A stretch of DNA of 63,206 nucleotides, counting the filler, from Octopus bimaculoides (lineage: Eukaryota), in the NCBI RefSeq assembly GCF_001194135.2. It is 4 parts of 4 records of this genome, joined end to end, with 100 filler letters (N's around TTAATTAATTAA, not from the genome) between each part and the next. Parts side by side here need not be neighbours in the genome. Positions count along the whole stretch, not along the records: positions 1 to 31,362 come from NC_069002.1; 3 more parts are not named here. One strand, written 5' to 3'. Below are positions 11,425-23,018 of the stretch, one piece after another. Position numbers and translations under genes: made by a program. Position 1 is the first letter of the stretch; the number at the start of each line of letters is the position of its first letter. The notes beneath the pieces were generated by a model. It searched no databases, was not told where the DNA came from, and worked only from the letters and a program-made list of their open reading frames with translations.

Positions 11425-12103
11425 CATACATACATACACACACACACATAAATATATATATGTACACACGAAGTACATGCTACAAGTAGAAGTACGTCCC
11501 ACTCTGCTATATAGCAGGACATGAGATCTAATCCCACCAGTGTGCATGTGAACACATTAAATAATATAGCCAGTCAATAAAATATGGAATCAGCAAATTT
11601 TCATTTGATAAAAAATAATAGATTGGTGCTCCATGTTTGGTCAAGTGTGTGTGTGTGTGTTTTGGAGCACATCTGTCATTCCTATCAGCTAACATGAAGC
11701 TAAGAAAATCCTTGGTACCACCATTTCGACACCGGTTTGCTTGCTTGATAAATTGAGGATACGCAGTTGATGAAGTAGTTTGTTTGTATCAACCCTCAAT
11801 ATAGACAAGTGAGGTTCAGTGAGAAAAGAAGAAAAATAAAAACAGAAGAAAAAACAAATCACACACATACACACACACACACACAGAAAAAAAAAAAACA
11901 TATTTGTTTGTGTTTGGTTTATTTACAAAAACTGATGCTCCAGTAAGTAACCAGTTATGAAAACAGTTCCGAGACAGACAGACAGATACACAGACAGGCA
12001 GACAGTATACATTGGACAGAAAACAGCTGGAATGCTTCAGAGGAAATCTAATTAAGCCTTTGTAGAGTTGTGCTTCCATTTTACCTATTAAAAAAATACC
12101 TAA

Positions 12104-12154
<51 letters not shown>

Positions 12155-12639
12155 TGTGTAAAAAAATCTAATAACATAAAGAGAGGAATACTTTTTAAAG
12201 AAATTTGCCTAAAATAATATTTTTGTTACGGGGTATAAACTGTGCCATAGAGATTAATTGTTAATATAATTAGCATACATTATGGGATATTGATTTCTAT
12301 TAACTAGGCATGAGGCCAGCCCTTAGCAGAGGAGGATATATACACATATATATACGTATAGATTGAATCAGCTCCTCAGCTACCGCTACCACCACCTATA
12401 CTACTACTACTACTACTACCACTACCACTCATATATTTTACTATATACATTTACTTTTTTTTTTTTTAATTGACAGCTAAAGAAGTGGAAGGCTAAGTCT
12501 AACCTGGCTGGGATCTTGAACTCTAAAACAAACACTTGCATGGTATTTATTCTGACAGCTATTTCCACTCTTCTGAACTAGCAAATTGTGTATCATCTTA
12601 TTTCTCACAGTAATCTGTGTTCACATGATCTGTGCTAGA

Positions 12640-12780
12640 AATACCAGCTAAAAAATCAACCTCATATCAAACCCTATCGTCTTAAAAAGGAAGAACATGT
12701 TGGATAGTTTAAGGTATATTCTTGATGGTCATGGGTAGAATGCCTTTGGTCAGAGGTATACTATATTAAGGCTAACAAAC
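12640..12780 (+). repeat. Unclassified dispersed repeat (similar copies ~16300-16480 minus, 17815-17920, 27170-27380, 53560-53750)
   Basis: Shared GAAATA.CAGC..AAATC..CCTC..ATCA.ACC.. and CTGACC.AGGG(T/C)TAAA segments. Confidence 0.55.
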
Positions 12781-12782
12781 CT

Positions 12783-13313
12783 AAATATTGAGGTAGCAAT
12801 GTCCTGATTGGCTGATAAGCTTCTGACGTAGCAAGTGATAATTATTCCGATTGGTCAATGCAATATATTCAAATATTACAGGTGACAACAGTTCTGATTG
12901 GCCAATAGATTTCTATTGCAGGGATGTAACAATTCTTGTGATGGGGCAACAGATTCTGATATTGCAAGTGCCGATTTTTTGATTGGTCAACAGACCTAAA
13001 TATTGCAGGTGACAATTTTTTTGATTGGTCAACAAATTTAAATATTACAGGTGGCAACTCTGATTGTCACCTGTAATATTTAAATTTGTTAGCCAACGTT
13101 CTGACTGACTGACAAATTTAAATATTAAGGTGATAATGGTTCTTATTGGTCAACAAATTTCTGGTGCATGAAGATAACAATTTTTCTGATTGCTCAACAG
13201 ATTTAAATGCTGCAGGTGACAATGGTTCTGATTGGCCAATAAACTCAAGCATTGTAGGTAACAATTTTTCTGATTGGTCAATAGATCTGAACATTGCAGG
13301 TGACAATTGTTCT
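12783..13313. repeat. Degenerate ~42-bp tandem array (about 12-13 units), consensus ~AAATATTGCAGGTGACAATTTTTCTGATTGGTCAACAGATTT
   Basis: ATTGG at 12807, 12850, 12897, 12982, 13024, 13145, 13231, 13273. CAGGTG at 12879, 13006, 13048, 13213, 13297 and CACCTG at 13068. Spacing of adjacent units 41-47 bp. One unit is inverted. Confidence 0.9.
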
Positions 13314-14383
13314 TACAATTCAAATGTAATTAGTCTTCATATATTTTATTTATTGAGACATATTGCTACTTCAAATATTCTTAGAATCCATGATGGTGAT
13401 GATGATAACAATGATGATACTGGTGACAGTGATGAGACACAACAATTCTAAAGCAATTTTTTTTATTATTTTACTTTTCAAAGTGACGAATAAGAATTAA
13501 AAATTTAAAAAATTTAAAAGAAATGAAAAAAACACAAAAAAAAGGAAAATGATAATGATTTTGTGAAATCACACTAAAGTCTTGGAGAGAATCGACAATA
13601 AATAGAATTGTGAATCAATTAGGTCTCTACCTTAACCAATTAGTTATTATCTGACTCTTTAATTACATCAAACAGGTAGGAAGTGACAAGATAACAATAT
13701 TTACTATCAAACTCCATTAAAGCTTAATTAGTTAATTATTTCATTACTAATTGTATAAATGTTTTTCAAAATTTAGTGAGGATGACTAATGAAGCACTAG
13801 AATGTATTTTGTGTATGTGTGTGTGTGTATATATATTATGTATATATGTGTATATAAATATATATATACATTATCTATATATGTATTTATGTATGTGCAT
13901 TTATACATGTATATATATACTTATATATATTTGTTTGATGTAGTGAACAAATAAGAATGTTTTACGGCAGGTGATAATTATGCTGACGATGATGATAATA
14001 ACAGTTTCTTAATTAAATATGAATAAATAATTTCTTAATTAGATATGATGCTTTAAAGTATAGGGAAGTGAGAATGAATTTAAAATACATTTAACAACAA
14101 CAACAACAACAGTTGAATATAAAGCTGTCAAAAAGAATTGTTGCAAATGTAGGTACCTAAGTTCATTTAGTGATTTCATTAGAAGACATTTTGAAATTTA
14201 TCAAACATTGAAAACTACATTATTACACATAGGTTCCACATGAACACGAAGTGATGGCTGCCAATTCTGTAGCATATAGACATAGAAGCAGGTATGATTG
14301 TATAGTTCAGGTGATTGTTTTGTAATACAGTAGCTTTAGGTTAAATTCTGTATATTCATACCCACACAGAATATATATATATA

Positions 14384-14746
14384 GGCATAGGAGTGGCTGT
14401 GTGGTAAGTAGCTTGCTTACCAACCACATGGTTCCAGGTTCAGTCCCACTGCGTGGCACCTTGGACAAGTGTCTTCTACTATAGCCTCGGGCCGACCAAA
14501 GCCTTGTGAGTGGATTTGGTAGACGGAAAGTGAAAGAAGCCCATCATATATATGTATATATATATATGTATGTGTGTTTGTGTGTCTGTGTCTGTGTTTA
14601 TGTCCCTGTAACTTAGCGGTTCAGCAAAAAGAGACCGATAGAATAAGTACTAGGCTTACAAAGAATAAGTCCTGGGGTCGAATTTCTCGACTAAAGGCGG
14701 TGCTCCAGCATGGCCGCAGTCAAATGACTGAAACAAGTAAAAGAGT
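14384..14746 (+). mobile_element. tRNA-derived SINE, family A (resembles octopus OR-type CORE SINEs)
   Basis: A-box TGGCTGTGTGGT, B-box GGTTCAGTCCC, CORE-like GCAAGTGTCTTCTACTATAG, central microsatellite, tail GACTGAAACAAGTAAAAGAGT. Confidence 0.85.
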
Positions 14747-15228
14747 ATATATATATAGCACAAAATCAGGAGGTGCAAGAGGTGAGTATAGATTTATTCT
14801 TCCATATCACTTTCATAAGATTACAGCCATTTTCTAACCTTCATCATGTAGTAATTAACTTTGGTGTGCAAAATTATATGTCAATGTTTACACCAATATA
14901 TTTACTCAGCAGAATACAATACAATCGTATATTCACAAATTGATACAAATAGAGAAAGCTAATTTATCAGATCACTGAAAACATCATGATTACATCTGTA
15001 ATATATATCTTATAATATATATCTACACATGTTTGTATGTAGAAACAGGAGAAAAAAACATTTGATAGACACAATAGAATTTATACACTTGCTCACAAGG
15101 ATACACACTCTCTCCCAATATATGATTCTTTAGATGAGAAAAAGTTCATTATTAGAAGGATTGCACACAGCAAAGGATATTAAGTCACAACAAAGTAACA
15201 AAAAGCTTCTAATATATGAATATATAAA

Positions 15229-15460
15229 GGCAGAGAGCTGGCAGAATCGTTAGCACACTGGGCGAAATGCTAAGCGGTATTTTGTCTGCCGTTACGTTCT
15301 GAGTTCAAATTCTGCCAAGGTCGGCTTTGCCTTTCATCCTTTCGGGGTCAATTAAATAAGTACCAGTTTCACACTGGAGTCGATGTAATCAACTTAATCC
15401 CTTTGTCTGTCCTTGTTTGTCACTTCTGTGTTTAGCCCCTGGTGGGCAATAAATAAATAA
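15229..15460 (+). mobile_element. SINE family B, near full length
   Basis: High similarity to 86-312; (AAAT)n tail. Confidence 0.85.
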
Positions 15461-15470
15461 ATATATGATA

Positions 15471-15515
<45 letters not shown>

Positions 15516-15949
15516 CAAATAAGATGACAAAGAAAGAGTTTATCATATTTTTAATGACTAGTTGTGTGTGTGTGTGTGTCTGTGTGTGTGTGTGTGTGTG
15601 TATGTATGTTGTTTCTGCTGTATTTCCGTTCTTTGCAGCAACTGAAATTCAAATACAATGAAATTCTTTTTGAATTTTAGCTGTATTAAAACATGGACAG
15701 CAATTAAGTGAAGTCAGAGCTCCAAATGAAAATGAATATGTACACAACACACATATACACGGAAAAACCTCAATAATATGTTAACTCATTACAGGGGGCC
15801 CACTGAAGGAGCTGACATAGTAAACTTCTTTTTTTATCTAAGAGTTTCAAAACTCAATATTCTACATGTTATTATTTATATTTTTACCTACTTTGAATTT
15901 CACAATAAAAAAATTTTTTTAATGATAATTAACTAAGTTAATTTAACAC

Positions 15950-16177
15950 CATGGGTCTCAACAGGGGTCGATATAAAATTTTGCTATTAAGGTTTATGAG
16001 CAATAAACAAATTAGCTATACATCTGTAATACACAAAATATTTTAATTATTTTTTATACAATTCCTAATAATATTCAATTATGAAAATCAGATTTTTTTT
16101 TTTTCAACATGGGGATCCAGTAGAGTAAAATAAGAACCAAAGGGGTCATTAGGCAATAAAATGGTTGAGAACCACTG
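15950..16177. mobile_element. hAT (Charlie-like) MITE, same family
   Basis: Body matches 40500-40690; right TIR GGTTGAGAACCACTG. Confidence 0.75.
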
Positions 16178-16851
16178 GTTTGGGGTTAGCGTAAGGGTTA
16201 AACAGATGGCGCACTGAAGTTTGTTGATGGTTTACAAGAAGTGTCCATTGAAGAATATATCTAATATTTTCTTGTAATTGAGGTTAGGCCAACTTGATCA
16301 CGACTGATATGATGTTAAACAACAACAAAAACATTCCAACCATGATCATTGCATCATTTCCCAAGTAAATTCTAACGAGGTCTACGTAAGATCGTGTATA
16401 TTCCACATTTTAGAAATAGCAAGGTGGAAATTGAGGGTAATTTTGCTGCTGGTTCCAGCAAGTTGAAAGACCTTAGACGAGAATCTTTCATTGGCCTAAT
16501 TAGTAAAGCACTTCTAAGAAAAAGAAAGGGGGGGGGGGAAGCGAAAAAACAAAAAAAAAAACAAGCAGAGTAATTTCAGAATCAGTTTGGCTTCTAGATG
16601 TGACCAAGATAAATTTGATAGCAGAATATACCAAATTTATGTGGCCACAGAGACTTACACCAACTGAGACCGATCATTTGAATATCAGATCTGTTAAATA
16701 TTTTATATTTCCTCCTTAAACTTATCATTAAAATATGAAATCAATTACGAACAGATGTTTTCAGAATTGACTGGAAGAATATAGATACGTAAAAACACAC
16801 AAGCATTAAATAATATATATGTATAAAAACAAACAGATAAGTATTACATAT

Positions 16852-16890
<39 letters not shown>

Positions 16891-17294
16891 GACACAAAAG
16901 AGACTAAAAGTTTATTACAAAATAACTATAAAAGTAAATAAAATGAGATCTAGTTGCTACAGATCATCTATGCTTTTGAAGTTTTCAGAGAACGGGGGTT
17001 TTATGTGGGGGTCACTGTCATTTTACTCTAAGTGTTTTCCCTTGACTAAGGGACCTTCTCTTGCTAATATTGTATTTTTGTTTTTTTTTCCTTTTTTATT
17101 TGATCTAAGCCTCCATTTTTTTTTCTTTGTATTTTGGGGAATTGGTAGAATTATTAGAACTTCATGATGGTTTTTCTTCTGACTCTTTACATTCCAAGTT
17201 CAAACCCTGCCAAGGTCAACTTTGCCTTTCAGCCTATCAAATACTGCAGTTGATGCCATAAAAAAAAAAAGCCTTCTCTTATGGGGAAATATTA

Positions 17295-17430
17295 CCTTGC
17301 TTGGAAATAGGTCAAGGTTGGCAACAGGAAGGTATCTAACTGTAGAAAATCTGCCTCAAAGAGTTCTGTCTGATCCGTGCAAGCATGGAAAAGCAGACAT
17401 TGAAACAATGATAATGAAGATGATATATAT
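17295..17430 (+). mobile_element. Short repeat sharing the RTE 3' tail (similar copies ~2790-2890, ~30790-30945)
   Basis: GTTGGCAACAGGAAGGTATCTAACTGTAGAAAATCTGCC...GCAAGCATGGAAAAGCAGAC resembles 26173-26300. Confidence 0.6.
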
Positions 17431-17925
17431 TTTATAAACTGTGAAAATGATGGTAAATATAACTGTGATGCCCCAGCACGGCCAGAATTGAATGACGAAG
17501 CATTAGAGAGGACAGAAACTTCAATAATTATCAGAACAGTAACAACACTCAAATAGTAATTATTATTTTGAATATAGGTGTCAAGCCATACATTTTAGAA
17601 GATATGGTGGTGGTAGTGGTGGTGGGAGTTGATTATGTCTGCCCAATACTTCGCTTGTTTTATCAACACTGGTAGGACAGAAAGTGAAGTTGATCTAGGT
17701 GAGAACTGAACTCAAGGTTTAAAAGGACATAGCTGACTACTACAAGGTATTTTTGTTCAGCACCCTACCAATTCTACCATCTACCATAATTCAACAAAAT
17801 AAAGATGGATCCTCTGTGTGATCAATGAGCATGCTAGAAACAGATGTCAAATCTCCTTCATACTACATCAGACTAGTTACAGACAAAAAAAAAAAGTCAT
17901 GCTGGATAATATATTCATAGTATAT

Positions 17926-18147
17926 CCCTTTGGTGTTTAAGCCGGCCATATCCGGCCCAATATATTCTACATGGTTTACATTCAAACTGGCCCTATCTAG
18001 CCTCTCACACCTAACCTACATTGATATTCTAAGAATAAACTATCACACCATCGAAACTTCAAAGCTGTAAGATAATGTATGATTAATTCAAAACAATTTG
18101 AGTGAAAAAAGTATTATATTTAACAGAGTAATCTGAACACTAAAGGG
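17926..18147. mobile_element. MITE family 1, opposite orientation
   Basis: CCCTTTGGTGTTT...AACACTAAAGGG; flanks ATAT / ATAT. Confidence 0.7.
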
Positions 18148-18540
18148 ATATACTATGTTGGTGGGAAGGAAATGGGAAGGGAAATAGGTTTGATAGTGAC
18201 AAGCAGACATTTTTGATGGCAGGTCTATCTTCTTAATCAGGGTTGATCTGAAACTGGTGGAGGGGGGGGGGGGGGTCTAACAACAGAATGATTTCTAAGA
18301 TTAGCACAAAGCCACAAAGTTTGGAAAAAAAAAGAGAGGGTGGATGTGGGTAGAGACAGTCGAGTTCAGCCTAGAATATTACTGGTACTTTATGTTACCA
18401 ATGACTGAAGCACAGAAAAGACCGCTTGCTCTCTTAATTCTGATATTATCTCACTTTCCATTTTTGAAAATGATTTATAGGCACAACTCAACTTACATCG
18501 CTTTGAGTCACATCTTTTTTTCAACTTTATAACTCTCTCT

Positions 18541-18756
18541 TACTCTTTTTACTCTTTTACTTGTTTCAGTCATTTGACTGCGGCCATGCTGGGGCACCGC
18601 CTTTAGTCGAGCAAATCGACCCCAGGACTTATTCTTTGGAAGCCTAGTACTTATTCCATTGATCTCTTTTGCCGAACCGCTAAGTTATGGGGACGTAAAC
18701 ACACCAGCATCGGTTGTCAAGTGATGTTGTGGGGACAAACACAGACACAAACATAT

Positions 18757-18837
<81 letters not shown>

Positions 18838-19003
18838 TACGATGGGTTTCTTTCAGTTTCCGTCTACCAAATCCACTCACAAGGCTTTGGTCGGCCTGAG
18901 GCTATAGTAGAAGACACTTGCCTAAGGTGCCACGCAGTGGGAATGAACCCGGAACCATGAGGTTGGTAAGCAAGTTACTTACCACACAGCCACTCCTGTG
19001 CCT
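18541..19003 (-). mobile_element. SINE family A, full length with central (TA)n
   Basis: Reverse complement of the 14384 copy. Confidence 0.88.
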
Positions 19004-19031
19004 ATGGTTTTTTTTTTATTTATTTATTTAA

Positions 19032-19246
19032 CCCTTTAGCATTCACATTATTGTCAAAAGTAATGCTTATTTATTCACATCTTTAATCAAACATGCATTA
19101 TCTTGTAGCTTTGAGATTTTGATGAGGGAACTGATAAATTTAAGAATGGTATTGGAGGGCAGGTGTGAGAGGTCACATCTGGCCAGTTGAAACAAGAAAT
19201 AGGTAGAATATTTGGGCCAGATATGGCCAGTTTAAATACTAAATGG
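19032..19246. mobile_element. TTAA-flanked MITE family 1 (piggyBac-like termini)
   Basis: TTAA-CCCTTTAGCATT...AATACTAAATGG-CTAA; copies at 17926 (opposite orientation) and 58280. Confidence 0.7.
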
Positions 19247-19901
19247 CTAAAGAAATAAACCTCAACTTCAGTTGCTTTATCAGACTCTACATTGGTCTCA
19301 GCGAACACATTTAAAAAGCCTAAATATTTTTTTTTTTAAATAAATTTTTAAAAACTCCACCTAAAAACCAGTATTGAAGTGGAGAAGATGAAAAAAATAC
19401 ACGTGAAAATATGTAAAAACCCATTTATTAAGACAGATAGAAGCTAACAAATTTTTTTGAAATGATTTTTCATGTTACGTTGTTTTTCGAGTCAAGTTAC
19501 GTGTCTTGGGACTAGTTACTAATGCAAGCTGAGGTATGCCTGTGTGTTTTTTCAGTGACAACAACTTAGGACTGGGTTGCACAACTAGGTCAACACAAGT
19601 AGTGACAAGGAAGGTGGAGTGACAATGGGTGGGTGGTTGGTTGGTTGGTTGGAATAATTGAAATATCAGTTACAATGCTTATTAGAACAATAAGGAAATA
19701 TTTTTTAAAAGGTGCGACTCAGTAAAATAATGACAATATGGTGAGGTTTATTTTCTCCATCACTAGTCTTTTTATACATTTATAATACATTTCTGATTTT
19801 TCATCTTATTTTTATTTATTTATTTATTTATTTATTTCTCTACAACACACCAATACTGTAAAGGACATATTGAGATAAAACAAAATAACGAAACACAAGC
19901 T

Positions 19902-20157
19902 ACTTACAGTCAGGGGTAGGTATGAAGGGGAAGTAAGGGGGGGTTATTTGTTGCTAAATATTGTTTTTGTGTTTTTTTTCTTTCTTTCTTTCTTTCTTTC
20001 TTTTTTTACATGACTATTAATACCGCCAACCTAACACCTAACTAAGCAGCTTTTCTATTTTATTTCCTCCATTGATAAATTCTTATCAGAATTAAAATGA
20101 AAAGAGAGGTGAGGTTTGTTGTAGAGAGAAGAGTAGGAGTAGGAAGGGAAGTAGGAG

Positions 20158-20189
<32 letters not shown>

Positions 20190-20418
20190 AAAACAGTAAG
20201 GTGTTATTAACAGAAAGCAAATTTCTTCAGAAATATGTTGAAAAGAGATGGTGGAAGGGAAGAGGCAGCTTGGACATTATTGTTATCTGAGATGGCTACT
20301 GGTGTTTTTAAACACAACATCTGCTTCAGGTTGCACTCAGTCTGATCACGAAGAAGAACAACTCGAGCTGAAGTCGTTCTCATTGGCTATTTGCAAGCAA
20401 TCAAGCTTTAGCCATTGG
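19902..20418 (-). promoter_or_regulatory. Candidate promoter and non-coding first exon, possibly of the IAP gene
   Basis: Minus-strand donor ACT|GTAAGT at 19907. Minus-strand CCAAT boxes at 20382-20386 and 20414-20418 (32 bp apart). No recognisable transposon in between. Link to the IAP gene is inference only. Confidence 0.3.
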
Positions 20419-20770
20419 TTATCACAACAGCACTGGCCAGAGTGGCAATCTCTTGTAGGTCAATAAAAATGTCCATCCACCTGGTGGTGGATTTTGTTTT
20501 CTGTATAGGATAAGTTAGTTCAATACTAACCTACCGATTATCTTCTATCAAGATAGCATCACTGAATTATTTAATCTCCAAACAATTCTATTTTTCTGTG
20601 ACAATTTACGTACGATGTTGCATATATATATTTGCTTAATGAGTCATCCACCATTGCTGTACATTCATATATATGTTCTTTTATTTATTTTCTTTTACCG
20701 GTTTCAGGTATCAGATTGTGTGTGGCCATACTGGAACATTGCCTTGTGTTTATATATATGTATATATATA

Positions 20771-20918
20771 GGCGCAGGAGTGGCTGTGTGGTAAGTAGCT
20801 TGCTTACCAACCACATGGTTCCGGGTTCAGTCCCACTGCGTGGCACCTTAGGCAAGTGTCTTCTACTATAACTTCAGGCCGACCAAAGCCTTGTGAGTGG
20901 AAACTGAAAGAAGCCCGT
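20771..20918 (+). mobile_element. SINE family A, 5' half
   Basis: Near-identical head to 14384. Confidence 0.85.
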
Positions 20919-20995
20919 TGGCTATCGCCATGATTCACCACTAGCTACTAAAGCTTTCTTTTTTTTATTCTCTCTCAGTTTATTTTCTCATTTTC

Positions 20996-21031
20996 CTTTC
21001 TGCTGAAGAGCGTAGGCTTGAAATGTAAAAG
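20996..21031 (+). ncRNA. Degenerate minimal hammerhead-like motif in a probable Penelope-like fragment (~20920-21093)
   Basis: CTTT / CTGCTGA A / GAGC-GTAG-GCTT / GAAATGT A / AAAG. Stems I and II pair, but core A6 is C and position 15.2 is T. Confidence 0.4.
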
Positions 21032-21218
21032 ACTTTCTCACCTTCCCAAGTATTAAACTAATACACCTGTTAGTTGTTTACACACCTGTCTTTNNNNNNN
21101 NNNNNNNNNNNNNNNNNNNNNNNNNNNNNNNNNNNNNNNNNNNNNNNNNNNNNNNNNNNNNNNNNNNNNNNNNNNNNNNNNNNNNNNNNNNNNNNNNNNN
21201 NNNNNNNNNNNNNNNNNC

Positions 21219-21539
21219 GAACAAATCGACCCCAGGACTTATTCTTTGTAAGCCTAGTACTTATTCTATCGGTCTCTTTTGCCGAACCGCTAAGTGACGG
21301 GAACGTAAACACACCAACATTGGTTGTCAAGTGATGGTGGGGGGACAAACACAGACACATAAATATATATATATATATATACGACGGACTTCTTTCAGTT
21401 TCTGTCTACCAAATCCACTCACAAGGTTTTGGTCGGCCCAAGGCTATAGTAGAAGACACTTGCCCAAGGTGCCACACAGGGGGACTGAACTCAAAAACCA
21501 TGTGGTTGGTAAGCAAGCTTCTTACCACACAGCCACACC
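21219..21539 (-). mobile_element. SINE family A, 3' end lost in gap
   Basis: Similar to 18608-19003. Confidence 0.85.
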
Positions 21540-22136
21540 AATAGATCAGATACATGTGTGTGTGTGTGTGTCTGTGTTCCCCCCTCCACACTACTTGACA
21601 ACTGGTGCTGGTGTGTTTATGTTCACATGACTAACAGTTCAGCAAATGAGACTGCTAGAATAAGTACCAGGCTTTAAAAATATAATTGCTAGGATACTCT
21701 TTTACTTGTTTCAGTCATTTGACTGCGGCCATGCTGGAGCACCGCCTTTAGTTGAGAAAATCAATGCATTTGACTAAAAATTCTTCAAGGCAGTGGCCCT
21801 GCATGGCCACAATCTGATCACTGAAACAAATGAACAAAAAGATAAAAAGGAAAAGGTTTCGCAAAAATGATCAAATAAAAACCTGTTTTGTCTCACATTA
21901 TCTAGGCCAGAACGAGGAAATACAAAAATTAACAAAAGAAAAAAAGTACAATAAAGAACAAAAGAATATTTGAACTTTCCTCCAAAATCTGAAAATGTCA
22001 GTTTTAAAAAATGCTCCAACTTGAAACACGTTGAGTCCGTGTCAGATGGGAATGTAAAACGTTAGAATGAGAGAATGAGAGAATAATAGAAACCATTTAT
22101 CTGAGACAATAGATACGGTGTGTCCAGTTTGCCTGA

Positions 22137-22960
22137 GTACACATTTAGATTTAACTACACATCTGTGTGTGTGTGTGTGTGTGTGTACACATTTAGATTT
22201 GACTTCACAGCTGTGCATGATTATGTATGTATGTATGCACGTGTGTATATATTTTTGTACTTATGTGTGTGTCTATGCGTGTGTTTATGTGTACACATTT
22301 AGATTTAACTACACATCTGTGCGTGTGTGTGTGTACACATTTAGATTTAACTTCACAGCTGTGGATAATTATGTATGTACATATGTGTATATATTTTTGT
22401 ACTTATGTGTGTGTATATGCATGTTTATGTGTACACATTTAGATTTAACTACACATCTGTGTGTGTGTGTGTGTGTGTGTGTCTGTGTGTGTACACATTT
22501 AGATTTAACTTCACAACTGTGGAGGATTATGTTTGTATGTATGTACATGTGTGTATATATTTTTGTACTTATGTGTGTGTATATGCGTATGTTTATGTGT
22601 ACACATTTAGATTTAACTTCATAACTGTGCTTGCATATGTATGTGTGTGTATATGTATGTATTTGTTTAGGTGTATATATACATGTATGCGTGCGTGTGT
22701 GTGTAAGTGTACACATTTAGATTCAACTACACAACTGTATGTGCATGTATGTATACATACATGTACGTGTGTGACTGTGTGTGTGCGCGTGTATGTATCA
22801 TGTATCTACATACATGTACGACTGTATATGTGTGTGTATATATGTCTATATATATGTGTGACTGTGTGTGTGCACGTGCATGTATCTAGATACATGTACA
22901 ACTGTATATGTGTGTGTATATATGTCTATGTGTACACATATAGATTTAACAACAAAACTG
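22137..22960. repeat. Higher-order compound minisatellite anchored on GTACACATTTAGATTTAACT
   Basis: Anchors at 22137, 22185, 22291, 22333, 22431, 22491, 22599, 22709, 22932; the first six spacings alternate short and long. Confidence 0.88.
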
Positions 22961-22978
22961 CGTATGTATTTACCTGTG

Positions 22979-23018
<40 letters not shown>

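Noticed and set aside
12783-13313. CRISPR-like array
   Set aside because: Eukaryotic context; whole units are homologous with no unique spacers, and no cas genes are present.
16180-16200. GGGTTAGCGTAAGGGTTA as an interstitial telomere
   Set aside because: Only two or three degenerate units.
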